Source of the DNA: a virus
Direction: 5' to 3' (one strand)
Length of the DNA stretch: 61,683 nt
IMG/VR virus record: IMGVR_UViG_3300045988_126295
Location: 1 to 61,683 of that record
Shown here: piece by piece, positions 15,751 through 24,628 of the stretch
Position numbering within the stretch: the first letter of the stretch is position 1
Layout: every line of letters begins with the position of its first letter
Position numbers and translations under genes: made by a program
The notes under the pieces: model-generated
The model's database searches: none
What the model was told of the DNA's origin: nothing
What the model saw: the letters and a program-made list of their open reading frames with translations, nothing else

Positions 15751-16605
15751 ATGGGTTTAGAAAATTATGAAGTGCTTCCGGTAGAAGCACAAGATGTTCA
15801 AATTGTACAGGTAGATGCGGTTGAACGCGCAAACGTAGATAGTCAAGTTGCAACAGCAAAACAATATCCAAGAAGTATCAAAAGGTGCGTTGACAATTCT
15901 ATTGCTATGGCTACAATGGATTCTGAAACGGCTCAAAGTTGCGGGTATGCGTTGCCTCGCGGTGGAAAGCCTATTACCGGGCCGTCCGTTCACCTTGCAA
16001 AGATTATTGTTTCCAATTGGGGAAATATGAGGACAGAAGCTAAGGTAGTTCAAATCACCGACAAGCAAATAATCAGTAGAGGCACCTGCTGGGATTTGGA
16101 AGCTAACGTAGCTTCTGCCTTTGAGGTGAGAAGAAGCATTATAGGTAAAAATGGAAATAGATTCAGCGATGATATGATTACCGTTACCGGAAATGCAGCA
16201 AACAGCATTGCATACAGAAATGCGGTGTTTGCCGTTGTTCCTAAAGCGGTGGTTGAAAAGGTATATAAGGCCGCACAAAAATTTATCACCGGCGATCTAT
16301 CCGATGAAGAAAAAATAATAAAAAGAAGAAAAGGTGCAATAGACTTCTTGTTTGATGAATACGGTATTACAGAGGAGGAGACAATTAAATTGTGCGGCAA
16401 ACAAACAATCAATCAGATTAAGGCGGATGAAATAGCACTGCTTCTTGGAATTGTTCAGTCACTGAAAGACGGAGATACTACCGTTGATGAACTTATGAAG
16501 CCAATCAGAGGAAGCAAGGAAGCAAAAAAAGAAGCTATGAGAAAGGCAATGGAACCGGTAGTTGATAAATCAACAGGTGAAATCTTTAACCAGCCAGCGC
16601 AATGA
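15751..16605 (+). CDS. Putative single-strand annealing protein (recombinase partner of the YqaJ-type exonuclease)
   Basis: 284 aa from the ATG at 15751 (the track start is GTG at 15700). Translationally coupled (ATGA) to the downstream exonuclease. Family not resolved by eye. Confidence 0.5.
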   Translation: MGLENYEVLPVEAQDVQIVQVDAVERANVDSQVATAKQYPRSIKRCVDNSIAMATMDSETAQSCGYALPRGGKPITGPSVHLAKIIVSNWGNMRTEAKVVQITDKQIISRGTCWDLEANVASAFEVRRSIIGKNGNRFSDDMITVTGNAANSIAYRNAVFAVVPKAVVEKVYKAAQKFITGDLSDEEKIIKRRKGAIDFLFDEYGITEEETIKLCGKQTINQIKADEIALLLGIVQSLKDGDTTVDELMKPIRGSKEAKKEAMRKAMEPVVDKSTGEIFNQPAQ

Positions 16606-17270
16606 TAGAACAAAATTCAAGTGAATGGTTGAAGTCTCGAATTTCTTTTTTTACGGGAAGCCGCATTGGAGACCTCATGACAAGCGGGAAGAAAGGAGAG
16701 ATGTTCGGAAAGACAGCCCTTTCCTATATATATGAAGTGTGCGCAGAGAGAGATTTGTTGCAGAAATACATTGAAGACGATTACTACTTCGAGATATACC
16801 AGCAGCAAGTAAGTTTCAGTAATAAATATACCGATTGGGGACATGAGGTCGAGGACTTCGCGGCAGAACGTTACCAACTTGTCACAGGATGCGAACTTGA
16901 AGAGTGCGAAAGCATACAGCATCCTACAATACCTTACTTTTCCGCTTCACCTGACCGGATAGCAATTAAAGATGCTTTAAGAAAGGTGGTAGAGGTGAAA
17001 TGCCCAACTCCTAAAAAGTTCATGGAGTATATGAACGAGATCAAGGATAACGATACACTTAAATCAGTAAATCCTATATACTTCTACCAAACACAAGCGG
17101 AGATGTCCTGTACAGGTTTGGACAAAGCCGATTTTGTCGTTTTCTGCCCGTTCTTGAAACATAACATTCACATTGTAGAGATAACGAGGGATGAAGCTGT
17201 AATAGCCGAATTTGAGAAGCGGATAACTGCTGCAAATGAAATTATTAATCAAATACTTAACAAAAAATGA
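16602..17270 (+). CDS. YqaJ-like (lambda Exo-type, PD-(D/E)XK) recombination exonuclease
   Basis: 222 aa. SEWLKSRISFFTGSRIGDLM at the N-terminus, then SASPDRIA...VVEVKCP catalytic D...E-x-K. Confidence 0.75.
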   Translation: MIEQNSSEWLKSRISFFTGSRIGDLMTSGKKGEMFGKTALSYIYEVCAERDLLQKYIEDDYYFEIYQQQVSFSNKYTDWGHEVEDFAAERYQLVTGCELEECESIQHPTIPYFSASPDRIAIKDALRKVVEVKCPTPKKFMEYMNEIKDNDTLKSVNPIYFYQTQAEMSCTGLDKADFVVFCPFLKHNIHIVEITRDEAVIAEFEKRITAANEIINQILNKK

Positions 17271-17647
17271 ATTTAACCGGAAGCATAGATTTGCTGAAGC
17301 TTGAAAAAACAGGCATAGCAACAATCAAAAACAAAAAGTGTGTTATTATTCCCATTGAGGAAAATGACTTGTATGTAAGCATGGACGAGAACCTGAAAGC
17401 GAAGTCCGTATATCTTGGCCTTAATGTTAATGAACGAAGAGAACCGAGCCAGTTTGGGAAGACGCATTATTGCAAGCAGTCTTTATCAAAGCAATACAGG
17501 GATGCGCATAAGGCAGAATCAGAATCCAAGTCAAAGGTTTACTTGGGCGACTTCAAGCCTTATGAGTTTGAGGGTTCAAGCAATGCGGCTGCGGCTGTGG
17601 ATGCACCTGTAGCGCAGGCTGACGATGATTCAGAATTGCCATTCTAA
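17267..17647 (+). CDS. Putative ssDNA-binding protein (SSB-type acidic C-terminal tip)
   Basis: 126 aa ending ...AQADDDSELPF, matching the DDD-x-x-(I/L)PF SSB tail. Third gene of the recombination module. Confidence 0.5.
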   Translation: MNLTGSIDLLKLEKTGIATIKNKKCVIIPIEENDLYVSMDENLKAKSVYLGLNVNERREPSQFGKTHYCKQSLSKQYRDAHKAESESKSKVYLGDFKPYEFEGSSNAAAAVDAPVAQADDDSELPF

Positions 17648-17674
17648 AAAATCCTCTGAATATTTTTGGCATTG

Positions 17675-17762
17675 TAGAAAAAGGGCGTATATTTGCAGCG
17701 TTACACATATTTAGTGGCAGGCGGTTGTCTGCTTTGTGCAGGCATTTTTTATGCTTGTAAGT
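17675..17762 (+). repeat. 88-bp exact repeat copy A: promoter (TTTG-N19-TATATTTG), short leader and terminator
   Basis: Identical to 30448..30535. The -33 TTTG is at 17665-68 and the -7 box at 17688-95. Confidence 0.9.
17726..17750 (+). terminator. Leader terminator within repeat copy A
   Basis: TGTCTGC-tttgt-GCAGGCA (7 bp including one G-U) followed by TTTTTT, about 30 nt after the predicted start site. Confidence 0.55.
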
Positions 17763-17889
17763 TTGCTGCAATATAGCGGCTGTTACCCCCGAGTGGAGAA
17801 GTTAATGCTCTCCCTGCCATTCATTGGTGTAGGTCATCGGGAAAGGACAGCCGTTTTTCTGTCTATAATGCCAATAAAGACCTACAATT

Positions 17890-18663
17890 ATGGCAACAGA
17901 TTTATTTCAAACAGGGGATTCCTATTTTGGAACACCCCTACCAAATGAAAGTGGCGAACTCATACCACTGCAAGATTACAACGGCAAGAAAGCCGTTAGT
18001 GCGAGACTTCTCTATCTGTTTCTTGAAAGCAAACAGCAGTTTACTGATTGGATTAAAATCCGAATAGAGCAATGCGATTTAATTGAAAACCAAGACTTTG
18101 AGGTTTTTCAGAATTTTATGAAAAACCCTAACGGAGGCAGACCATTGACTGAGTATGCTCTAACTATTGACTCGGCAAAAGAAATATCAATGATGGAGGG
18201 AAACGAAAAAGGTAAACAAGCCCGCCGTTATTTTATCAATTGCGAGCAAAGGCTAAAGGATATTTCTTCTCCTTCTTATCAAATTTCCGACCCAATCAAA
18301 CGAGCCGAAAGGTGGATAGAGGAAGAAAAGGTACGCCAGCAACTTGCCCTTGAAAACAAGATGATGAAGCCGAAAGCTGATTATTTCGATGCACTGGTTG
18401 ACCGAAATATGCTAACCAACCTTCGGGATACTGCAAAGCAAATCCATATACCGCAAAACAAATTCATCTCATTGCTCATAGACAACAAATACCTATATAG
18501 AGACGCAAAGGAAAAACTTAAGCCGTACTCGCAGTTTGTCCCGACATATTTTGAATTGAAGGACTTCAGTAAGAACGGGCACGCTGGAACACAGCTCCTT
18601 GTCACTCCGAGAGGAAAGGAAACGTTTCGTCTTATGTGGGGAGGTGATGGATATGCAAACTGA
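17890..18663 (+). CDS. Antirepressor (AntA/ORF6N-like N-terminal domain plus KilAC C-terminal domain)
   Basis: 257 aa. AVSARLLYLFLESKQQFTDWIK...GGRPLTEYALTIDSAKEISMMEGNEKGKQARRYFI, then KPKADYFDALVDRNMLTNLRDTAKQI (KilAC-like). Confidence 0.75.
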   Translation: MATDLFQTGDSYFGTPLPNESGELIPLQDYNGKKAVSARLLYLFLESKQQFTDWIKIRIEQCDLIENQDFEVFQNFMKNPNGGRPLTEYALTIDSAKEISMMEGNEKGKQARRYFINCEQRLKDISSPSYQISDPIKRAERWIEEEKVRQQLALENKMMKPKADYFDALVDRNMLTNLRDTAKQIHIPQNKFISLLIDNKYLYRDAKEKLKPYSQFVPTYFELKDFSKNGHAGTQLLVTPRGKETFRLMWGGDGYAN

Positions 18664-18853
18664 AAGGCAATATGATTTATCTGGGTTTAACCAGCTGTTT
18701 AACCAATCATTGACCCCAAGAGAGCTTGCCGATGAGCTTGTACAGCTGCTATTCAATTACGCCTCATGTGTGGATGAAGATAGTGTAGGATTGTTCAGAA
18801 ATGATGTGAGCACTATATATCTTATACACAACGAACTTCTAAAGATAGAATAA
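18647..18853 (+). CDS. Small protein, paralog of the 31557..31790 product
   Basis: 68 aa from the ATG at 18647 (or 18653). PRELADELVQLLFNYASCVDEDSVGLFRNDVSTIYLIH matches PEELRKELVELAFDYAQYVDEGSTDLFKNNMSTIYILY. Confidence 0.6.
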   Translation: MDMQTERQYDLSGFNQLFNQSLTPRELADELVQLLFNYASCVDEDSVGLFRNDVSTIYLIHNELLKIE

Positions 18854-18917
18854 ATGAGCAAGGCGGTCTTTAAAAAGGCTGCCTTACTTTTTAATAACAA
18901 CAAAAAAACATATAATC

Positions 18918-19328
18918 ATGCTATACGAATTTAAGCTTAAAGTAAACAAGGTTAACGAGAAAGGCGATGAAAAAGAAGTTACCGAGCAATTCATCACTGA
19001 TGTAGATTTGTTCTGTCAGGCAGAACAGAAAGGACTTGAAATGTACGCTTCTAACAATATGGAGTGTGACGTTTTCGCAATCAGCCGTAGCAAGATACGT
19101 GAGATTGTCAATGAGAAGCAGGATGATGAGTTCTTTTATAAGGTTACTCTGATTGATGTTTTCGTTGACGATAAAGGCAATGAAAAAAGCAACAAGTACT
19201 ATGTTCTCATTTCCGCAAAAGACATGGATGATGCCAACAAAAAGGCGACGGAATACATGAAGCAGGGACTTCAATATATGAAGCTGGACGCTATTGCCAA
19301 AACAAAGATTTTAGACTTAATAAAATAA
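18918..19328 (+). CDS. Hypothetical protein
   Basis: 136 aa. ATG verified. Confidence 0.6.
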   Translation: MLYEFKLKVNKVNEKGDEKEVTEQFITDVDLFCQAEQKGLEMYASNNMECDVFAISRSKIREIVNEKQDDEFFYKVTLIDVFVDDKGNEKSNKYYVLISAKDMDDANKKATEYMKQGLQYMKLDAIAKTKILDLIK

Positions 19329-19681
19329 ACCAAAAGCCCTCTACTGATGTAGAAGTCCTGTGAAAGGTTCAGGTTAAGATTTAATCAGCTAACAAATTAA
19401 CTATCCCGGTGTGGTTTGACCGCCTATCCGGGAACGATAGCCTGTGAAGGTCTTCTTTTTTATAAAAATTGCTTCCTCGTCAAGCCCAATCAGGGTTACG
19501 CCAATGGCACTGTATACGGGAACTGACGAGAAAATGGAGAATATGGTAGCGCTGAACGTATTGGAATGACATAGTGTGATTTGCCATGATTATTTAAGGT
19601 TAGTTTATATTCAGTTTCAATAATTCCAGCAAAACAGCGTGCCCTGTTCGATTCGGGGCTTCTCCTCTAAATATATTTACC

Positions 19682-19846
19682 ATGAGACTTACATTAACCA
19701 AAACCGAAATTGCAATTGTTCAGAAACTTGTGATAGACCGAAAGCGTGACATTCATAATGCAGGAGGTGACAGCAAGCAGTATGAGATGCTAAGTAAGCT
19801 AAATAAAAAGATTGCAAGGCAGGCAAAGAAATTTTATAAAACATGA
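19682..19846 (+). CDS. Hypothetical small protein (below track cutoff)
   Basis: 54 aa, MRLTLTKTEIAIVQKLVIDRKRDIHNAGGDSKQYEMLSKLNKKIARQAKKFYKT. Its TGA overlaps the next ATG (ATGA). Confidence 0.5.
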   Translation: MRLTLTKTEIAIVQKLVIDRKRDIHNAGGDSKQYEMLSKLNKKIARQAKKFYKT

Positions 19847-20028
19847 AACCCTACGTAATTACCTCTATGGCTCTCATTACACACAGCGGAAAAAAGTTAC
19901 CGCTTACAGTAATAGAGAGCCACATCCTAACAAAACCTTTGGAAACAATCAAGGATAAGCTGCTTGATGCTTTCTCTACGATGAAAGACAAACCTGTGAA
20001 TGTTGAATTGAAAATAAAATATGTATGA
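19843..20028 (+). CDS. Hypothetical protein
   Basis: 61 aa. ATGA-coupled on both sides. Confidence 0.55.
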   Translation: MKPYVITSMALITHSGKKLPLTVIESHILTKPLETIKDKLLDAFSTMKDKPVNVELKIKYV

Positions 20029-20390
20029 TATATGATAAACAGATAATAAGGGGGAAGATACCAAGTAAATCCAATTGTTACAAGATTGTTACATTGTACG
20101 GTCATGGTTCTTTGGCTAAGCAGAAAGTTCTTAAAGAGTACGAAAAAACTTTTTATGTACAATGCGGGCTTAGAGACAAAAAAATAAAAGGGTTCTTCAA
20201 GATAAACGTAGATGTGTACCACGAAAACTTGCGTCCTGATCTTGACAATGCTTTTAAAATTTTACTTGATTGTCTTCAATCGTGTAAAGCAATAGAGAAT
20301 GACCGTCAATGTGTAGAAATACATGCGCGAAAACTGGTTGACAAACTTAATCCGAGGATAGAGTTTGTAATCGAAGAGGTTGAATTATAA
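20025..20390 (+). CDS. rusA: RusA-family Holliday junction resolvase
   Basis: 121 aa. LRPDLDNAFKILLDCLQSCKAIENDRQCVEIHARK matches the RusA D-x-DN..K...D...DD core. Confidence 0.8.
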   Translation: MIYDKQIIRGKIPSKSNCYKIVTLYGHGSLAKQKVLKEYEKTFYVQCGLRDKKIKGFFKINVDVYHENLRPDLDNAFKILLDCLQSCKAIENDRQCVEIHARKLVDKLNPRIEFVIEEVEL

Positions 20391-20402
20391 AGATGTATAA
20401 CT

Positions 20403-20696
20403 ATGGCAGAATCATTTAAGAATGATTACAAGGACGACAAACTCCGCTGGGATTTGCTCCCGCTGGATTTGATAGAGGAAGTCGTTAAGGTATATCACTT
20501 TGGCGCAAAAAAGTACACTCCTAATAGCTGGCAGAATCTTCCTGATGCGGAAAACCGATATTATTCTGCGCTTCTTCGGCACTTGGTAGCATATCGAAAA
20601 GGTGAAACGAAAGACGAGGAAAGCGGGCTTCATCCGCTTGCTCATGTTATATGGAACGGGCTTGCACTACTCTATTTTGCAATAAAGAAAAAATAA
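20403..20696 (+). CDS. dATP/dGTP diphosphohydrolase-like N-terminal domain protein
   Basis: 97 aa. DKLRWDLLPLDLIEEVVKVYHFGAKKYTPNSWQ...ALLRHLVAY...DEESGLHPLAHVIWNGLALLY recalls this phage family. Assignment is from memory. Confidence 0.5.
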   Translation: MAESFKNDYKDDKLRWDLLPLDLIEEVVKVYHFGAKKYTPNSWQNLPDAENRYYSALLRHLVAYRKGETKDEESGLHPLAHVIWNGLALLYFAIKKK

Positions 20697-20728
20697 TAAA
20701 AATCCCGATGATCCATTTGGGGATATAG

Positions 20729-21139
20729 ATGAGTATAAAAAATGTTTATATGGAAATAAATAGAATAGCCCATGAATGGGCATGCGATAATAAAGACAAG
20801 TCTTTAGAGGAAGCTTTCACAGCGGGGTTTAGCTATAATCATAAAATTGCAGGATTAAAGAATATAGATGAACGAAAGGATAAGTTTAAGGCTGAAGTAC
20901 TTCTTTATCAAGGTCAATATCCTGATTATATGCTGATTGAATTTTATGAATACTGGTCTGAGTGCGGGGGACGGAAAATGAGGTTTGAGAAAGAAAAGAC
21001 ATTTGAGGTTAGTAAGAGATTAGCGCGCTGGAGTAATAATAGCTTTAGAAATAATGGGAACAGAAATTACACTAACAAGCAAGGAAATAGCGGTTCTATC
21101 TTCCAAGCAGCTGATAGCTATCTGCAAGAACATCAGTAG
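20729..21139 (+). CDS. Hypothetical protein
   Basis: 136 aa. ATG verified. The 3' end overlaps the next ORF by 86 nt. Confidence 0.55.
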   Translation: MSIKNVYMEINRIAHEWACDNKDKSLEEAFTAGFSYNHKIAGLKNIDERKDKFKAEVLLYQGQYPDYMLIEFYEYWSECGGRKMRFEKEKTFEVSKRLARWSNNSFRNNGNRNYTNKQGNSGSIFQAADSYLQEHQ

Positions 21140-21698
21140 CGAGATAACAACCATTAAACAAGCAATCAATTCTCCGCCAATCCAGCTGTCACAATGGAAA
21201 TCCGTTAATGCGGATTGCATAAAGGCCGTCCTTGTAAAATTTATCGAAGGAACACTTTTGTTTTATGGAAGAACGAGGGAAGACATGAATGATTATCAAG
21301 TCGCTTCCGTCGTTAACTCTATTCTTGAGAAATACTACTATTTCCGTATTGAAGATGTATGTCTTTGCTTTAAACGTGCACGTGAAAATTCGGCATACGG
21401 AAAGTTTTACGGACGCATTGACGGTTCTGTAATAATGAACTGGTTTGCTACCTACGATAAAGAACGTGACGAGATAATACATTCTTTCAATGATGTAAGT
21501 ACCGAGCATGATACGTCCGAAAACATATCTCGCGAAGAATATAAAGAAATACTTCTTGCAAGAATAGCCGGAGGAGATTTGTATGCCAATGCCGATTATA
21601 TGAAGATGTGCGAGATAAACAATATATTCTTTGAGAATAGATTCGAGATAGGAAATTACAAGTATAACAGGTTGCACAAGTTTGATAAAAAGTTATGA
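21054..21698 (+). CDS. Hypothetical protein
   Basis: 214 aa. ATG verified. The start is uncertain because of the 86-nt overlap (next in-frame ATG is at aa 78). Confidence 0.55.
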   Translation: MGTEITLTSKEIAVLSSKQLIAICKNISSEITTIKQAINSPPIQLSQWKSVNADCIKAVLVKFIEGTLLFYGRTREDMNDYQVASVVNSILEKYYYFRIEDVCLCFKRARENSAYGKFYGRIDGSVIMNWFATYDKERDEIIHSFNDVSTEHDTSENISREEYKEILLARIAGGDLYANADYMKMCEINNIFFENRFEIGNYKYNRLHKFDKKL

Positions 21699-21886
21699 AG
21701 CTAACAGTATGCTGGACCGCAAGAGGCAGAAACAAACGTTTCTATCACGATATATGCCGAAAATTCGGGATATCAGACTATATGAGCATCAACCATGAAA
21801 CACCATGTGATATAAAGGATGAAGATATGGAGTTGCTACGTGAATGTGAGAAGCGCGGATTTTTACAGATAAGAAGAAAGCAATGA
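21695..21886 (+). CDS. Hypothetical protein
   Basis: 63 aa. ATGA-coupled on both sides. Confidence 0.55.
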   Translation: MKLTVCWTARGRNKRFYHDICRKFGISDYMSINHETPCDIKDEDMELLRECEKRGFLQIRRKQ

Positions 21887-22062
21887 ATATTCAGAGATAC
21901 CCAATTCTCTGCACCGGGAGAATCGAAAACAAAAGAACACTTTCCCGGTGCAGGCGATGTCCGTTGTTCAACAGAAGATATCCGGTTTATTCTTCATGGA
22001 GGATAGACGGAGAATGTTGCTGTGTAGCGGATATTATTGTAATTGATAAAAATATAACATAA
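21883..22062 (+). CDS. Hypothetical Cys-rich small protein (below track cutoff)
   Basis: 59 aa, MNIQRYPILCTGRIENKRTLSRCRRCPLF...GECCCVAD. Fills the gap exactly, from an ATGA start to 2 nt before the next ATG. Confidence 0.45.
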   Translation: MNIQRYPILCTGRIENKRTLSRCRRCPLFNRRYPVYSSWRIDGECCCVADIIVIDKNIT

Positions 22063-22064
22063 TA

Positions 22065-22622
22065 ATGGAAAAACTAACTATAAACGACTTACCCGAAGAT
22101 GTCTTAGAGAGAATGAGGAGAGCAATTAGGGAGGACAGCCAAATGATCGCTCTAAAGAACAAGCACTCCCAGTATATAATCAACAGGCAATATGCCAAGG
22201 CTGTTTTGCTAAAGGAAAAAATGCAAAAGATAGAGGATCGGGTAATACGTGAATATCTTGACAGCTACGAAGGTGAAACGGAGAATATGCAGAGCCTCAT
22301 GTCGGATATGTCGCCCGAAGACAGGGAGTATATCAATACTTGCACCAATGCGATTATTCTAATCTGTGACATGATAGAGACGTTCACAATGGACTTTAAC
22401 CAAGTTCTTAAGAAATATCATCCTGATTACCGATTGGAGATGTACGATAAGATAATGCAGGTAGGCAAGGAAGCTAAGGCCCATGTACAGTTCATGTCGG
22501 AGTGTACGGACAATGTCTATCAGTGCTCCTTTGCAGACAGTGCAGATGATATTACGGAGCTTGTGAGGAACAAGGCCCGTTCGCTAATACGCAAGGTTAA
22601 GGCTAAGGAGGCAGAGAGATGA
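22065..22622 (+). CDS. Hypothetical protein
   Basis: 185 aa. ATG verified. Confidence 0.6.
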   Translation: MEKLTINDLPEDVLERMRRAIREDSQMIALKNKHSQYIINRQYAKAVLLKEKMQKIEDRVIREYLDSYEGETENMQSLMSDMSPEDREYINTCTNAIILICDMIETFTMDFNQVLKKYHPDYRLEMYDKIMQVGKEAKAHVQFMSECTDNVYQCSFADSADDITELVRNKARSLIRKVKAKEAER

Positions 22623-22678
22623 GCGTGTGATATAGCAGGTAAATATGTACGAATAAATTAAACTAACAACAATATATT

Positions 22679-23695
22679 ATGAAAAAGAAATTAACTCCTG
22701 ATAATATTCAGGAACTTACAGAAAATCAGATATTCGTTTTTGGCTCTAACATGAACGGTAATCATGCCGGAGGGGCAGCAAGATTAGCCGTAGAAAAATT
22801 TGGTGCAGTGATGGGGCAGGCAGAAGGCATACAAGGCCAGTCCTACGCCATCCCAACGTTGGATAAGGATATGCAGAAAGTAACCGAGGAAGAGTTAATA
22901 ACCTATTTAGGAAACTTCCGAGAGTTTGCTGAAGAGCATCCGGAAAAGGAATTTCTTCTCACCGCTATTGGTACAGGAATAGCCGGATTTGATACAAACT
23001 ATATGGCGTACATGATACTTAGAGCAAATCTTCCGGATAACGTTACTCTGCCAAAGGAGTTTACCAAAATAAAAGGATACAAGGGTTTTAATCCAGATAT
23101 GACATGCCGAGGGTTTAAATACGAAGAAGGCAAGGACTACGAGGAGGAAGGAGAAATAGGAGCTTGCGAAAATGGATTTCATTTTTGTCTTCATCCATTG
23201 GATGTCTTTGGATATTATCCGCCTGCTTATATAGGTATGAATAAGTTTCACGAAGTTGAGGGAAGCGGTTATATGGATGCGGATGAGGATGATACAAAGA
23301 TCGCTTGTTCTAAAATACATATCGGAGCAAAACTCGATATAAAAGGGCTTGTGAAAGCAACCGTATCTTCTGTAAAGGAACGGTGCACTAATAGGAATAA
23401 TGCAAATCCGGGGTTTCCTGCGACCGCTGGTTATAGAGGTGCTGCGACCGCTGGTGATTATGGTGCTGCGACATCAAGAGGTAGTTCATCAACTGGAAAT
23501 AACGGTTTAGCGGTGGCGCGAGGAACAAATGTAAAGATCAGAGGAGGTATGGGATCTATCTTGGTTATAGCAGAGGAGCAAGAAAGCTCGTACGATGTTT
23601 CCGATTGGAAAGCTGTTGTAGTTGACGGCAAGAATATCAAGGCTGATACTTGGTATATATTAGTAGACGGCGAATTTGTTGAGGTGGAAGATTAA
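22679..23695 (+). CDS. Phage non-structural protein with Gly-rich repeat C-terminal domain
   Basis: 338 aa. N-terminal IFVFGSNMNGNHAGGAARLAVEKFGA...GQSYAIPT resembles a widespread phage domain (A1S_2505-like, from memory). 24-bp tandem repeats encode ATAGYRGA/ATAGDYGA. Confidence 0.45.
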   Translation: MKKKLTPDNIQELTENQIFVFGSNMNGNHAGGAARLAVEKFGAVMGQAEGIQGQSYAIPTLDKDMQKVTEEELITYLGNFREFAEEHPEKEFLLTAIGTGIAGFDTNYMAYMILRANLPDNVTLPKEFTKIKGYKGFNPDMTCRGFKYEEGKDYEEEGEIGACENGFHFCLHPLDVFGYYPPAYIGMNKFHEVEGSGYMDADEDDTKIACSKIHIGAKLDIKGLVKATVSSVKERCTNRNNANPGFPATAGYRGAATAGDYGAATSRGSSSTGNNGLAVARGTNVKIRGGMGSILVIAEEQESSYDVSDWKAVVVDGKNIKADTWYILVDGEFVEVED

Positions 23696-23808
23696 ACTAA
23701 TAATATAAAAAGGAGCATATCCAACAGTTATAATGATAAGTTAGAATTTGACACTTAACCTTTCATTAGGATGTGCTCCTTTCAAAATTTGGGTAAAACA
23801 AAAAAGAC

Positions 23809-24039
23809 ATGAAACAGACATTAGAAGAAGCGGCAAGGGAATATGCTGACGATAAATGTCAAGAACGTGGAGTTCCAAAGAAATATAGATTGCATTTCGA
23901 TTTTGATAGATATGACATTGAACAAGGGTTCAAAGCCGGTGCTGAATGGCTTGCAAATCGGATTAAATCAATCATGCAGGACGATTCACAGACAGACGGA
24001 GAAGCTATAGAGAATATTCATAAACTCTTAAATTTATAA
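23809..24039 (+). CDS. Hypothetical protein
   Basis: 76 aa. ATG verified. Confidence 0.55.
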   Translation: MKQTLEEAAREYADDKCQERGVPKKYRLHFDFDRYDIEQGFKAGAEWLANRIKSIMQDDSQTDGEAIENIHKLLNL

Positions 24040-24043
24040 TGAC

Positions 24044-24625
24044 ATGAAAGAGGTATGGAAAGACACAAAAGGAGTGTTTGGGTATCAAGTTAGTAATTTT
24101 GGACGAGTTAGAAGCATTTTTAGTAGATGGGGGAAACGAGCGTATCCAAGGATAATGAAAGGTTCTATAGATTCTCATGGATATGTTCAGGTAACAATTA
24201 GCATTAATGGGGAAAGGAAACTAATGTTTGTGCACAGGCTTGTTGCAAAAGCATTTATACCAAACCCTTTAAATTTAGAGATGGTAAATCATAAAGACGA
24301 GAACCCTTTAAATAATAATGTTGATAACTTGGAATGGTGTACAAGGTCTTACAATAACTCCTATGGGCATGCGACTGATAGTTATCGAAAAAAGATTTGT
24401 TGCATACATGGAGAAACTGCTTACGTTTTCAAATCAATAAAAGATGCTTCAATTAAAATGAATATTCCAACAACATCTATTTTCAACTCATTAAAAAGAC
24501 GTTCGCCAATGGTTAGCAGAGGTCTTATGTTTTATTATGTTGGTAAAAACGAAATCCCCTCTTTCGATGAGATACTCGAAGCCAACAAGGATGTACTGGA
24601 ACGGATTAAAGAGAAAGGAGATTGA
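24044..24625 (+). CDS. HNH homing endonuclease (NUMOD4 plus HNH_3 type)
   Basis: 193 aa. EVWKDTKGVFGYQVSNFGRVRS (NUMOD4), GYVQVTISINGERKLMFVHRLVAKAFIPNP...VNHKDENPLNNNVDNLEW. Confidence 0.85.
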   Translation: MKEVWKDTKGVFGYQVSNFGRVRSIFSRWGKRAYPRIMKGSIDSHGYVQVTISINGERKLMFVHRLVAKAFIPNPLNLEMVNHKDENPLNNNVDNLEWCTRSYNNSYGHATDSYRKKICCIHGETAYVFKSIKDASIKMNIPTTSIFNSLKRRSPMVSRGLMFYYVGKNEIPSFDEILEANKDVLERIKEKGD

Positions 24626-24628
24626 GAT

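Noticed and set aside
15757-16412. 173-aa and 120-aa minus-strand ORFs opposite the annealing-protein gene
   Set aside because: They are antisense to a translationally coupled three-gene plus-strand module. Their composition is hydrophobic and Cys-rich and looks like junk.
17553-17771. 72-aa minus-strand ORF, and its counterpart 30413..30601, sharing an identical YKHKKCLHKADNRLPLNMCNAANIRPFS segment
   Set aside because: The shared peptide is simply the reverse translation of the 88-bp repeat, which contains a promoter and terminator. The two ORFs differ outside the repeat, and one overlaps the SSB-like gene.
19536-19666. A second tRNA gene
   Set aside because: Only a T-arm-like hairpin and a 6/7 complementary acceptor are present. 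The 131-nt span has no D arm or anticodon arm that I could fold.
20729-21139. Programmed frameshift linking 20729..21139 and 21054..21698 (86-nt overlap)
   Set aside because: No slippery sequence was seen, and both ORFs have their own ATG. The overlap may just reflect an incorrect start or stop choice. There is not enough evidence to claim recoding.
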